This document shows, one piece after another, positions 18,161 through 26,948 of a stretch of DNA of 64,000 nucleotides. The notes beneath the pieces were generated by a model. It saw only the letters and a program-made list of their open reading frames with translations. It had not been told where the DNA came from and searched no databases. This stretch comes from a virus. The stretch lies in the IMG/VR virus record IMGVR_UViG_3300013127_000002, positions 1 through 64,000 of that record, one strand, 5' to 3'. The position numbers and the translations under genes were made by a program. Positions within the stretch are counted from its first letter, which is position 1, and every line of letters starts with the position of its first letter.

Positions 18161-18496
18161 ATGTCGAGTGACCGTACTCTTCTGATAGACGATCTCCGCG
18201 GTTTCAGCGGAGTGGACATCATCGCGCGCAACTACTACGACGGTGTGTGGGAGCTTCAACACCACGGGCCGTGGAACACTCTCTACCTTGATTACGATTT
18301 CGGGGACACGGGGTCGTACGATCCCGAGCGCGGGCGTAACATGAACGGACACGACGTGCTTGTCTGGCTGGAGAACCACCCGGAGCACATGCCGGAGATG
18401 ATCGTGATCGTCAGCGATAATCCGAATGGTCGTGAGCAAATGAACCGGGCACTCAAGTCGATGGCGGAGAGGTTCCGCTTCTCCCCTGCACTCTGA
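18161..18496 (+). CDS. Cyclic-phosphate processing receiver-domain (cREC-like) protein
   Basis: LLIDDLR, ARNY, LYLDYDFG, NGHDVL.WL, SDNP.GR..M pattern. Confidence 0.75.
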   Translation: MSSDRTLLIDDLRGFSGVDIIARNYYDGVWELQHHGPWNTLYLDYDFGDTGSYDPERGRNMNGHDVLVWLENHPEHMPEMIVIVSDNPNGREQMNRALKSMAERFRFSPAL

Positions 18497-18506
18497 ATTT
18501 CTGGAC

Positions 18507-18547
18507 GCTACCCGTCAGTCGCGTGTATAACGTGTCTGACGGGTAGC
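18507..18547. repeat. Perfect 12-bp inverted repeat enclosing TATAAC
   Basis: GCTACCCGTCAG ... CTGACGGGTAGC. Confidence 0.75.
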
Positions 18548-18564
18548 AACAGGAGTATAAGACA

Positions 18565-18789
18565 GTGACAGACGAATCGATCGCGAATCCCGAAACCCAA
18601 GCACGTGTGCTCGATTTTTTTGGCTGTCGCAAAGGTGGCGTTGTTCCTCCCGGCATGCGGCGTGTCGTCTCAGACATCGTCAAGAAGAACGCGGATTCTC
18701 TCAATGAATCCATTCTCGAACACGAGAAGAAGAACGTCCCGGAAGAGCCGGTTGCAACATCCAAAAAGCGCAAGCCCAAGCACAAGTAG
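18565..18789 (+). CDS. Hypothetical protein
   Basis: AGGAG RBS, GTG start. Confidence 0.55.
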   Translation: MTDESIANPETQARVLDFFGCRKGGVVPPGMRRVVSDIVKKNADSLNESILEHEKKNVPEEPVATSKKRKPKHK

Positions 18790-18838
18790 TACGGTATACT
18801 GATGCTTGTAGGGACGTGCATGTCCCAAGGAGGAATCC

Positions 18839-19018
18839 ATGGCGGACCAGGAGCTCAATCCCCTTCAGCAGGCAAAGCAGAAGCTTGCTGAGAACATGAC
18901 GATGAAAAACGTTCTGGCTTCTTTGCGGGGAGTTATCGCGAAGAATGCCCCTGACACTCTTCCTCGATTTGACAACTACAAGCAGAGCCTGCGGGATCGC
19001 GGTATACAGGTGGACTGA
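18839..19018 (+). CDS. Hypothetical protein (59 aa)
   Basis: AAGGAGG RBS; MADQELNPLQQAKQKL... Confidence 0.65.
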   Translation: MADQELNPLQQAKQKLAENMTMKNVLASLRGVIAKNAPDTLPRFDNYKQSLRDRGIQVD

Positions 19019-19052
19019 GCAGGCCGCGGGTACCGGAAAGGAGCGAGGCGCC

Positions 19053-19526
19053 GTGCCAAAAGACCACAGCAGTGTTATTCCTGGAGCACCTCCCGTTGAA
19101 CTTGCAAAGAATGGCATCAAGGTCACGATCCGGTGGAAGTTCATCGCTGCTATAGTCAGTACCGCTGTCGGGGCCTTGGGTGTAGCGGGCGTCACCGCAG
19201 TTGTGGGGGTCAACTTTGCTTCTGCTACAGAGCTGTCCGAGTTCAAGTCCGACCAGGACATGCAGCACTCGCGTATCAACAAGACTCTCGAAGACCAGGA
19301 TACGCACGCCAAAGCCCAAGACACGCGAATAGAAGAGATCAGCAAGACTGTGTCCTCGGTGCAGACGATCCAGCAGCGGGACGTGGCTCGCAATGAAGCC
19401 CGGCGCCTTACCGAGAAGATCCCCAAACGCGAAGAAAGAGAAGAGACCTACGACCGTCTCTACGAGCTCAACCTCAAGAGGTTACAGCGCGGAGATGACC
19501 CGTGCGGTTCTGTCAGCTGTGACTAG
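19053..19526 (+). CDS. TM + coiled-coil membrane protein (possible lysis accessory)
   Basis: One TM helix, then coiled coil and C-terminal Cys pair. Confidence 0.55.
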   Translation: MPKDHSSVIPGAPPVELAKNGIKVTIRWKFIAAIVSTAVGALGVAGVTAVVGVNFASATELSEFKSDQDMQHSRINKTLEDQDTHAKAQDTRIEEISKTVSSVQTIQQRDVARNEARRLTEKIPKREEREETYDRLYELNLKRLQRGDDPCGSVSCD

Positions 19527-19558
19527 CTCTTCCCCCGGTTTTTCGCTACACTCTTAGC

Positions 19559-20566
19559 ATGATGACGAAAACCCAGCAAATCATCGCCGGGCTGATCAAG
19601 CATGCCGAGAAGACGGCGATGCACGGTTACCCGGACTACCAGATGACCGAACCGCAGCAGCCGCCCCTCCCACAGATGTCCATCGACATGTACGGCAACG
19701 CCGGGTACTTCGCAGGCAATCCTGACCCTGATCCGATGGAGGAGGCGGTTCCTGTTCCTCCTTCCACGGACGCCCCGGCGCGTGGCCTTCTCAGCGGCTT
19801 CCCCGGCCGCTTCGTTGCCGGCGGCGCTATGGCGGGCAGTTTTGCCGGTAAGTCCCTTGTCGAGGATTCACTGAAGCGCGAAGGCCGCATGATCAACTTC
19901 CTCCAGGGGAAGGGCGGGCCCGGCTCTCCGGTGGTTCAGGATATTCTCTTGAAGGGTTTGGAGAAGGGGAAGATCGCGCCGGACCAGCTCTCCGAAGCGC
20001 GTGCGATGCTGACCGACCCGAACCGCTTGAAGAACGAGTACTTCAAGTCACCAGGAGCGTGGGAGCAAGCGCTCAAGAAATCTCGCAAAGCGTACTGGCA
20101 GTCCATGGGCAAAGGCCCAGGACTCGGCATTCTCGGCGGCGCGGCGTTGGGTCTGGGAGCAGGGGTGTTGTACAACAAGTTCTTCAACAAGGAGTCCGCG
20201 GACCGTGGGCCGGGCCTGCTCAGCAAGTTTTCCGAGTCGGCACGTACGCTGTACCCGACAGTCTACGAGCTGCAACGTCAAGGTGTTCAACCTGGACGCG
20301 GCTATCCTCTCAGTACCAGAGCTTTCAAGGCACCACCGCCCAAGCCGGAGTTTGTGGAGACCGCGTGGCGCGGCTACACGCCCAAGCCCTCTCCGTATGC
20401 CGCTACGGCGTTGCACGAAGTTCCGATGATGTCGTCGCATCCGTTGTCGAGAGCTGCGGCGGTGACGCAAGATGTGACGCGCGCTGCCAGGATACCCGCG
20501 CTCCAGGAGGTTACGCGCGTAGGCAAGGGAATACTCGGAGTGACTAGCCGGGGCCGTATTCGATGA
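19559..20566 (+). CDS. Leader-tagged glycine-zipper protein (variant leader; internal KTA/KES sites)
   Basis: MMTKTQQIIAGLIKHAEKTA; GLGILGGAALGLGAG. Confidence 0.7.
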   Translation: MMTKTQQIIAGLIKHAEKTAMHGYPDYQMTEPQQPPLPQMSIDMYGNAGYFAGNPDPDPMEEAVPVPPSTDAPARGLLSGFPGRFVAGGAMAGSFAGKSLVEDSLKREGRMINFLQGKGGPGSPVVQDILLKGLEKGKIAPDQLSEARAMLTDPNRLKNEYFKSPGAWEQALKKSRKAYWQSMGKGPGLGILGGAALGLGAGVLYNKFFNKESADRGPGLLSKFSESARTLYPTVYELQRQGVQPGRGYPLSTRAFKAPPPKPEFVETAWRGYTPKPSPYAATALHEVPMMSSHPLSRAAAVTQDVTRAARIPALQEVTRVGKGILGVTSRGRIR

Positions 20567-20760
20567 AGATCATCGACACAGAGATTGGTTCGGTAGTCAG
20601 TCTTTACGTTGTAAAGTGCGATTGCGGGTACGTGTTCAAGTCCCGGACAGACCGCTGGAAGATGACATGCCCTGGTTGTCAGAAGTCCGCGAGAACTCGG
20701 GATCTTGATGACCAGGATTACGGGTTGCGTGACACGGACGATTTCGAGGACCCAACGTGA
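20563..20760 (+). CDS. Zinc-ribbon protein
   Basis: CDCG...CPGC. Confidence 0.6.
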   Translation: MKIIDTEIGSVVSLYVVKCDCGYVFKSRTDRWKMTCPGCQKSARTRDLDDQDYGLRDTDDFEDPT

Positions 20761-21200
20761 TAAAGACTTCATCCCAGATTGCCGACGAAGTGTTGACCAA
20801 GCTGGCTGTGAACTTCCTGCGTCAGGCAGTGAAGGGTCAGAAGTCCACGCAGCGGGCCATCCAGGCACCAGCGAAACTGCGTGAGCCCAAATCCGTTATC
20901 GCAGCGCCTAAGCCGAAGGCGCCGAAGACGCAGTCTCCCGCACCCCCGAAGCTCCCGGCACCTGAAAAGAAGACACTGAAGCCGGCGAAGGTCGAGGGTG
21001 TGGCGGTCCCGAAAGCGGTGGTAGAGCCGGTGAAGGCACCGGAGCCGAAGCTGACGCAGCCGGGAAAGACGCTGACTCCACCTAAGGCTCCGCAGACGGC
21101 GACGAAAGCGCAGGTACCGCCCGGCACCAAGAAGACGACGAGTCCGTCTGAACAGCAACAGGCGGGTGCGGGGTACTTCAATACCCGTCCAGGGTCGTAA
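20757..21200 (+). CDS. Leader-tagged Lys/Pro/Ala-rich protein (histone H1-like composition)
   Basis: MIKTSSQIADEVLTKLA leader. Confidence 0.7.
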   Translation: MIKTSSQIADEVLTKLAVNFLRQAVKGQKSTQRAIQAPAKLREPKSVIAAPKPKAPKTQSPAPPKLPAPEKKTLKPAKVEGVAVPKAVVEPVKAPEPKLTQPGKTLTPPKAPQTATKAQVPPGTKKTTSPSEQQQAGAGYFNTRPGS

Positions 21201-21210
21201 GAGGTATTCG

Positions 21211-21405
21211 ATGAAGTACATTCTCGCTCTACTGACCACCGCAATTCTAATGACCAGCGGGTGCACGCCGGCCGCTCTCAAGTACGCCCAAGGACGCAAC
21301 CCCGGGTGCCAGGTCACAACGTTACAGCGCACTGGTGCCTCGACGGCTGTGCTGATACAATGTCCTGGACAAGACCCAAGGACGGAAACGTTCACGGAGA
21401 GATAA
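21211..21405 (+). CDS. Small lipoprotein
   Basis: Signal peptide with lipobox-like LMTSGC; GAGG RBS. Confidence 0.6.
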   Translation: MKYILALLTTAILMTSGCTPAALKYAQGRNPGCQVTTLQRTGASTAVLIQCPGQDPRTETFTER

Positions 21406-21421
21406 GGACAGGAGGTGCGTT

Positions 21422-21793
21422 ATGCTGAAAACAGCCAACCAAATAGGTAGCGAAGTCCTGACCAAGCTCGCAGACCTGAGTGACTCTCAGCGGTTTTCGC
21501 GAAACGTGGTAGGTACCTTGGGCGTTCTTCCGTACGTGGGGGGACTCGCCGCCCCGATTTATGCCGGCGCTACTGCACCAAAGGGTGAGGGTTGGAGCCG
21601 TGCTGGTGGCGTTCTTGGTTGGGAGATGCTTGGTAGCGTTCCTGGTTATGCGGCGTTGCTGGCGGGTCGGGGTATGGGGAACGCAGGTCTCCAATTCGGC
21701 GGATTGGCCGCGGGTCTTCTGGGACAAGGACTCGGTGCGGGATACGGGATGCATCGTGCTATAGCGGCTGAAAACGAAGCGCGAGGGCGGTGA
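21422..21793 (+). CDS. Leader-tagged glycine-zipper membrane protein
   Basis: MLKTANQIGSEVLTKLA; several GxxxG helices. Confidence 0.75.
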   Translation: MLKTANQIGSEVLTKLADLSDSQRFSRNVVGTLGVLPYVGGLAAPIYAGATAPKGEGWSRAGGVLGWEMLGSVPGYAALLAGRGMGNAGLQFGGLAAGLLGQGLGAGYGMHRAIAAENEARGR

Positions 21794-21831
21794 TGATCAA
21801 GACAGCATCCGAAACGTTTACGGAGATGTAG
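21793..21831 (+). pseudogene. Leader-only remnant MIKTASETFTEM*
   Basis: ATGATCAAGACAGCATCC matches the leader DNA; cargo absent. Confidence 0.55.
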
Positions 21832-21835
21832 GAAC

Positions 21836-22546
21836 ATGCAGAAGACGGCATCCGACATTGGGAACGAAGTTCTGATGAAGCTCGCGCTCTCGCCGGAATA
21901 CATCCAGCGGGCGTTGTCGGGACGTACCCTACGGCAGATGGTGTACGGCAAGACGACGCCCCACAACCTCGAAGGGTTCGGGAACATGATCGCCGATGTC
22001 GCTGCGGCGTCTCCTCGTGCCGCTCGTGCGACGGGAGCTCCGGCATCTCGGGCCGAGATACTTTCCCAGCTGGCGGAAATGCCCGCGGCGGATAGAGCAG
22101 AAGCCAACCGGTTCTTCCGGGAGGTGGCGAACACTGTTGAAAGTGTCCCCATGTCGGCGCGTGTACAGCTAGCCCCAGAGGTAGCAGCGGCCATGCCGGG
22201 GGCGGGAGCGGCGGGTATCAATCTGGGCGTGCCTTCGTTGGCGCAGCGACTTCGCATCAACCGGTTGTCGCGTCGTGCGGGTGTTGGCGCGCCGTTTGGT
22301 ACACATGAGCATTCCGTGTGGGCAGGCGATGTGCGTCCGCGCGCAACAGCTTCTCCTGAGGTCGCTGCTCCGGCAGCCGCTGCTTCCCCAGCAGCCGCCG
22401 CTCCAGTGTCCGTAGGTGGCGGCGGAGGCGGAGGCGGAGGCGGCGGAGGCGGTGGCAGCTCGATGGCTCCATGGCTGATCGGTGGCTTGGGTGCGGCCGG
22501 ACTCGGTGGAGCAGGGTATGGCCTTTACCGAGCGACGAGAGACTGA
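21836..22546 (+). CDS. Leader-tagged protein with poly-Gly linker and C-terminal Gly-zipper TM
   Basis: MQKTASDIGNEVLMKLA; Gly14 at 22415-22456. Confidence 0.75.
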   Translation: MQKTASDIGNEVLMKLALSPEYIQRALSGRTLRQMVYGKTTPHNLEGFGNMIADVAAASPRAARATGAPASRAEILSQLAEMPAADRAEANRFFREVANTVESVPMSARVQLAPEVAAAMPGAGAAGINLGVPSLAQRLRINRLSRRAGVGAPFGTHEHSVWAGDVRPRATASPEVAAPAAAASPAAAAPVSVGGGGGGGGGGGGGGSSMAPWLIGGLGAAGLGGAGYGLYRATRD

Positions 22547-22547
22547 A

Positions 22548-22820
22548 GTGCAAAAAACAGCATCCCAGATCGGCAACGAGGTTCTCAACAAGGTGGCTTC
22601 AGTCGAGGAAGCTGCGGAGAACACGTTGAGAGAAGTGCGGGACATGCACCAGCGAAGCGCGTTAAAGTACCAGGCGGCCATGCGCGAGAACCAGGCGGCG
22701 GCGGCGTCACACATTGCGCGCAACAAACTGTTGAAAGGTTTGGGAATCGCAGGTGCTCTCGGTTTGGGCGGCTATGCTCTTTACCAGCTTGGAAAAGATG
22801 ATGATCAAGACCGCGTCTGA
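22548..22820 (+). CDS. Leader-tagged Gly-zipper protein
   Basis: GTG start MQKTASQIGNEVLNKVA; GLGIAGALGLGG. Confidence 0.75.
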   Translation: MQKTASQIGNEVLNKVASVEEAAENTLREVRDMHQRSALKYQAAMRENQAAAASHIARNKLLKGLGIAGALGLGGYALYQLGKDDDQDRV

Positions 22821-23046
22821 TATCGGTAACGAGGTTCTGGGGAAGCTGGGCTACCTGTCTCCGCAGGATATTCTCATGCAGCATAATCCCGGTATGGGGA
22901 TGCCGCAGACGCCGATGCCCATGATGCAGCAGCCGGGAATGGGTTTTGGCGGCGGGTACTCTCCGTACGACCAGATGATGATGCAGCAACAAGCGGGCGG
23001 GATGCCCGGTGGAGGACCGTACGGTGGATATCCACCCGGGTACTGA
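22798..23046 (+). CDS. Leader-tagged M/Q/P/G/Y low-complexity peptide
   Basis: MMIKTASDIGNEVLGKLG. Confidence 0.7.
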   Translation: MMIKTASDIGNEVLGKLGYLSPQDILMQHNPGMGMPQTPMPMMQQPGMGFGGGYSPYDQMMMQQQAGGMPGGGPYGGYPPGY

Positions 23047-23049
23047 GAC

Positions 23050-23526
23050 ATGCAGAAGACAGCATCCCAGATCGGGAACGAGATCCTCTTCAAGCTGGCT
23101 CAAGGTTACGAGCAGATGGACCCGAGCTACTACGAGGAGCCTGCTCCCCGCAAGCGGCGTTGGCCGGCGGCGGTCGGTGGTGCTGCTGTCGGCGGACTTG
23201 CGGCGCATCACCTCCTGCCGAGCCAGATGGTGAAGGACTACCGGAGTGCGGCGGGCAGCATCGAGGGCAAGGCACAGGCGTCTCTCGAAGCACACAAGCC
23301 GCATTACGACGCGCTGACAGACACGTACAAGAAGGAGATCCCCGGCCACGGCGTAACGGTGAGAGATGTCACCGCCGAGGGCAGGCCCTTCACGAAGAAG
23401 ATGCCGGCGCACATGGCGCAGAAGTATCTCAAGAGCCGGGCGTTTGCGGAGGCGATGCCCCGCACGCTTCTCGGTGCTGGACTCGGGCTCGGCGCGGGGA
23501 TTCTCGCGTCGAACGCCATGGACTAA
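23050..23526 (+). CDS. Leader-tagged Gly-zipper protein
   Basis: MQKTASQIGNEILFKLA; two Gly-rich hydrophobic segments. Confidence 0.75.
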   Translation: MQKTASQIGNEILFKLAQGYEQMDPSYYEEPAPRKRRWPAAVGGAAVGGLAAHHLLPSQMVKDYRSAAGSIEGKAQASLEAHKPHYDALTDTYKKEIPGHGVTVRDVTAEGRPFTKKMPAHMAQKYLKSRAFAEAMPRTLLGAGLGLGAGILASNAMD

Positions 23527-23536
23527 GGAGACGGGG

Positions 23537-23962
23537 ATGTTCAGCAGCTACCAACAGGGTTACATTTTCGGGATGCAGAAGCTGGGCATGTCGCACGGCT
23601 ATGAGGACATCCCGAGGACGCCGACCCCGGAAGAGTACGCACGTCGTGTCGCGGATGCGGAGTGGCGGGCGAACAACGCGGCGGCCAGCAAGGCTGTGTA
23701 CGAGGATGTTCTCAAGAAGAAGAACTTCACTATCGATGAGCTCAACCGGGGCTTTGCTGATCAGAAGCAGCACTACCTAGACCAGACCGCCAAGCTCCGA
23801 GGTGAGCACGGCGCGATGTCGCAGGAGCTGGGTAACATGGGACGTCCGACCCGGTGGTTCGGCAAGCTGTCGCCAATGAAGAAGGGACTTGTCGGCGGAG
23901 CCGCAGGGCTCGGGACGCTCGGACTCGGACTTGGTCTGGGTCACGCGCTGTCGGGAGATTGA
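23537..23962 (+). CDS. Type-2 leader Gly-zipper protein
   Basis: MFSSYQQGYIFGMQKLG; AAGGAG RBS. Confidence 0.75.
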   Translation: MFSSYQQGYIFGMQKLGMSHGYEDIPRTPTPEEYARRVADAEWRANNAAASKAVYEDVLKKKNFTIDELNRGFADQKQHYLDQTAKLRGEHGAMSQELGNMGRPTRWFGKLSPMKKGLVGGAAGLGTLGLGLGLGHALSGD

Positions 23963-23965
23963 TGA

Positions 23966-24262
23966 GTGACACCGTACGCGAAAGGGTGGTGTTCCGCGCT
24001 GGTAAAGCTGGGGCTGTCGAGCTCCGCCGTAGCGGCGACGTCTGGCACCACTTCGGGGGCAAAGCCCGGGGCGACGACGAACACGACAACGGCGCCGAAG
24101 CAGTCGAAGCCGTGGCAGTGGTCGGCCGCGAACAACATCGAACCGAAGTTGCACGAGAACGCGTGGTCGCACGCGCAGAAGGATCTGGACACAGGTGAGT
24201 CCCGCGTGATGGCGAAGTTCGATGCGTCACAGAGACAGCCGCAACTCCCGGTGGGAGGGTGA
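23966..24262 (+). CDS. Type-2 leader protein
   Basis: MTPYAKGWCSALVKLG. Confidence 0.65.
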   Translation: MTPYAKGWCSALVKLGLSSSAVAATSGTTSGAKPGATTNTTTAPKQSKPWQWSAANNIEPKLHENAWSHAQKDLDTGESRVMAKFDASQRQPQLPVGG

Positions 24263-24263
24263 A

Positions 24264-24605
24264 ATGACGAAGACAGCGGAACAGATCTCCCTGGAGATTC
24301 TCCAAAAACTCGCGCAGTCGGGCGAAGAGAAGAGCCCAGTTCTGCGGGGCCTCGCGGGAGCGGGAATCGGCGGCGCGGCTGGCGGGTTGACGGGGTTCGG
24401 GTCGGCGGTGCATCATGGGGTGAACAACCCAGAGCTCCGCAAGGTCATCGAACAGCAACATGTTCACGGCGCGAAGACTCTGAGGCCCGGACAGGTTGCG
24501 AAGATGAATCGCTTCGGAGAGATGGGACGAGCAAGAACAGGCAAGGGCGCCCTCATCGGCGCAGGACTCGGCGCAGGACTCGGAGTGCTGTCCGCGCTTT
24601 CATAG
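24264..24605 (+). CDS. Leader-tagged Gly-zipper protein
   Basis: MTKTAEQISLEILQKLA; GALIGAGLGAGLG. Confidence 0.75.
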   Translation: MTKTAEQISLEILQKLAQSGEEKSPVLRGLAGAGIGGAAGGLTGFGSAVHHGVNNPELRKVIEQQHVHGAKTLRPGQVAKMNRFGEMGRARTGKGALIGAGLGAGLGVLSALS

Positions 24606-24614
24606 AGGTGAAAG

Positions 24615-24920
24615 ATGAACGCATTTCAACAGGGTTACTTGTACGGACTGTGGAAGTTGGGCTTCTCCGAGGAGTTTGCTGCGGCGCAGCCGCCGATGTC
24701 CCACGAGGAGTTCCTCGCGGCCAAGGGCGCAACGACACCCCCGAAGGGGGTTTCGGCAGCAGCCAAGAGTGAAGCGGGCAAGGCGGCGAAGGGCGGCAAG
24801 GGTCTCGCGCACCACGGACGTCAACTTGGCGCGACGATCGCGAAGCACCCCGGCAAGGCGGCACTCATCGGTGGTGCCGGCCTGCTCGGTGCCGGCCTGC
24901 TCGGGCGTGCAACAGCGTAG
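24615..24920 (+). CDS. Type-2 leader Gly-zipper protein
   Basis: MNAFQQGYLYGLWKLG; ALIGGAGLLGAGLLG. Confidence 0.75.
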   Translation: MNAFQQGYLYGLWKLGFSEEFAAAQPPMSHEEFLAAKGATTPPKGVSAAAKSEAGKAAKGGKGLAHHGRQLGATIAKHPGKAALIGGAGLLGAGLLGRATA

Positions 24921-24930
24921 GAGAGGTGTC

Positions 24931-25275
24931 ATGCTGAAGACTGCATCGCAGATCTCCGACGAGGTGCTGTGGAAGCTCGCCGCGGCGTGGCAGCGTCGTG
25001 CTGCTCAAGTGGGAGTACCCCAGCAACAGATCAATGCAGCCACGCAGACTCTCAAGGCACAGCGGCCTGACGCGCTTGCGGTGAAGCAGCGTCAGCTGGC
25101 TGCCCGGGGTCCGGCGGTGAAGCCCGGTGGCGGGCTCATGGGCGGCATCAAGAACCTGTGGAGCAAGCCGCTCGGCAAGGCGGGGCTGATCGGCGGTGCT
25201 GCGGCTCTCGGCTACGGCGCCTACAAAGCCTTCGGCGGAGGGCAGAAGCCGCAGCAGCAGTACGGAGGCTACTGA
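24931..25275 (+). CDS. Leader-tagged Gly-zipper protein
   Basis: MLKTASQISDEVLWKLA; GLIGGAAALGYG. Confidence 0.75.
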   Translation: MLKTASQISDEVLWKLAAAWQRRAAQVGVPQQQINAATQTLKAQRPDALAVKQRQLAARGPAVKPGGGLMGGIKNLWSKPLGKAGLIGGAAALGYGAYKAFGGGQKPQQQYGGY

Positions 25276-25730
25276 TGTACAAGCTCGCAGCGTGGGAACA
25301 GGGGTACATAGAGGCGCTCATCAAGCTGGGTATTGCCTACGGTCCTGGCGCGGCGGGGATCATGACGTCCGCGGACATGTACGTCCCCGAGCACAAGCCT
25401 CCGACGACATCTCTCGCCCAGCGGAAGTCTGAGATGGAAGCGTCTACCGGCGCAGCCAGGCAGAAGCGTGTCGCTGATCGGATTGCCATGGGTGAGAAGG
25501 CGACCAGCCCCGGCGGCAAGGCACTCGCAGCTCCTCTCAAGTTCCACGAGCACCCGATTACGCGTCAGGTGCAGATCAGCCCGGAGTACAGGGAGTACGC
25601 GAACCAGATGCGCGCAAAGGCCCCGGGCGTAGGGGCCGGCCCGGCCGCGGCGTCCAAGGCGTCACCTCTCAAGCGCATTGCCGGGGGGCTCACGAGTCTC
25701 GTTTCCAGGGGCAAGGTTCGCGCAGCCTAG
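25275..25730 (+). CDS. Type-2 leader basic protein
   Basis: MYKLAAWEQGYIEALIKLG. Confidence 0.7.
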   Translation: MYKLAAWEQGYIEALIKLGIAYGPGAAGIMTSADMYVPEHKPPTTSLAQRKSEMEASTGAARQKRVADRIAMGEKATSPGGKALAAPLKFHEHPITRQVQISPEYREYANQMRAKAPGVGAGPAAASKASPLKRIAGGLTSLVSRGKVRAA

Positions 25731-25784
25731 TTCTTCCCCTCTTCTTGCCGTTGACGTATACTCCTCCTTAGTAGGAGGAAATAC

Positions 25785-26333
25785 ATGCCATATCCATTCC
25801 CGTCCCCTGCATCCTTGCCGCCGTTGGGCGCGAGTCTCGATCTCGCTGTGGCGTTGGAGTTCGACGTGGGAACCCCCGTGTCCGACAAGGCGGCCAAGCT
25901 GGGACAGATGCTGTCGATTCCGTACGACCAGGTCATCATGATGACGCACGACATGGAGGCGACCTGGCGGGATAATGACATCTCTGTTCCGATCCGAGAT
26001 GATTTGATCACGCTCTACACGCCGCTGGCGGACCCTGAAACCTCCTACGTTGTGGGGATCATCATCACCTGCGAGATGGGAGAGGCGGTTCTCTATTTCT
26101 GCACGGACCTCGCCGAGACCGGGGCGTTCGACCCCCCGGACTACCACTACATGATCCCGACGCCGATCACTTCAGGCGGGTGTTTCATCTACGTGAACAA
26201 CCACGACTACGAGCGCGCAAACAACTGGCAGGGGCAGGTGGATGTGCCGATCTACATCGGGGAGATTCTCGCCGGGGCGTTTCTGCCGACGCGGTTGACG
26301 TCGTACGTTTTCCTGCACACGAAGGGAGTATGA
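25785..26333 (+). CDS. Hypothetical acidic beta-rich protein (putative virion)
   Basis: AGGAGG RBS; TATACT -10-like motif upstream. Confidence 0.65.
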   Translation: MPYPFPSPASLPPLGASLDLAVALEFDVGTPVSDKAAKLGQMLSIPYDQVIMMTHDMEATWRDNDISVPIRDDLITLYTPLADPETSYVVGIIITCEMGEAVLYFCTDLAETGAFDPPDYHYMIPTPITSGGCFIYVNNHDYERANNWQGQVDVPIYIGEILAGAFLPTRLTSYVFLHTKGV

Positions 26334-26336
26334 CTG

Positions 26337-26939
26337 ATGCACACCCGAGCACCCATTCTCGGACAGTTCATGGAATTGACCCGAGGAAAAGTCACGATGT
26401 CTGCGCAGGCTACATTCCCGGCGGGCGGACTGGCAACGGCAGATCAGAAGCCGGTCGTCACGTGGGCGCTTGAGCACTACCCGTTCTCGATGCGCATTGG
26501 CGGATACGTGGATATCGGGGCGACTGACCCCGCCAGGGATCTGGATGACTTCACCAAGATCGCTCCGCTTTACATGGATGAGGCGATAAAGGATGGCGGG
26601 GAACCGCAGCTCGCGGGGATCAATCCCGTGAAGGCGATCCTCATTCGTTGCTTGGTCGGGTCGGGGTTGATATACGTCAACGTTTTTCCGGGCGATCCTC
26701 CGGCTCCGCCTCCTCCGATTTCGGAGAGCGTGAAGCAGGCGGTGTTCCCGCTGCACGCGGGTGTCGGACTGTTCTACTACACGTTCCCGCGGAGAGACCC
26801 GTGGCGTTGTGTATTTTCGTCGGACAACTCCGGCCCCCCTCTGGTTACAGAGAAGATCACGATTCCGTCGTGTATCATCGACCTGGGGCTGCGGACGTTC
26901 GAAGACAGCAACCGCTTCCAGATGGAACTTTTTAGGTAA
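26337..26939 (+). CDS. Hypothetical beta-rich protein (putative virion)
   Basis: Packed ORF, similar composition to the upstream gene. Confidence 0.65.
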   Translation: MHTRAPILGQFMELTRGKVTMSAQATFPAGGLATADQKPVVTWALEHYPFSMRIGGYVDIGATDPARDLDDFTKIAPLYMDEAIKDGGEPQLAGINPVKAILIRCLVGSGLIYVNVFPGDPPAPPPPISESVKQAVFPLHAGVGLFYYTFPRRDPWRCVFSSDNSGPPLVTEKITIPSCIIDLGLRTFEDSNRFQMELFR

Positions 26940-26948
26940 CAAGGTGGT

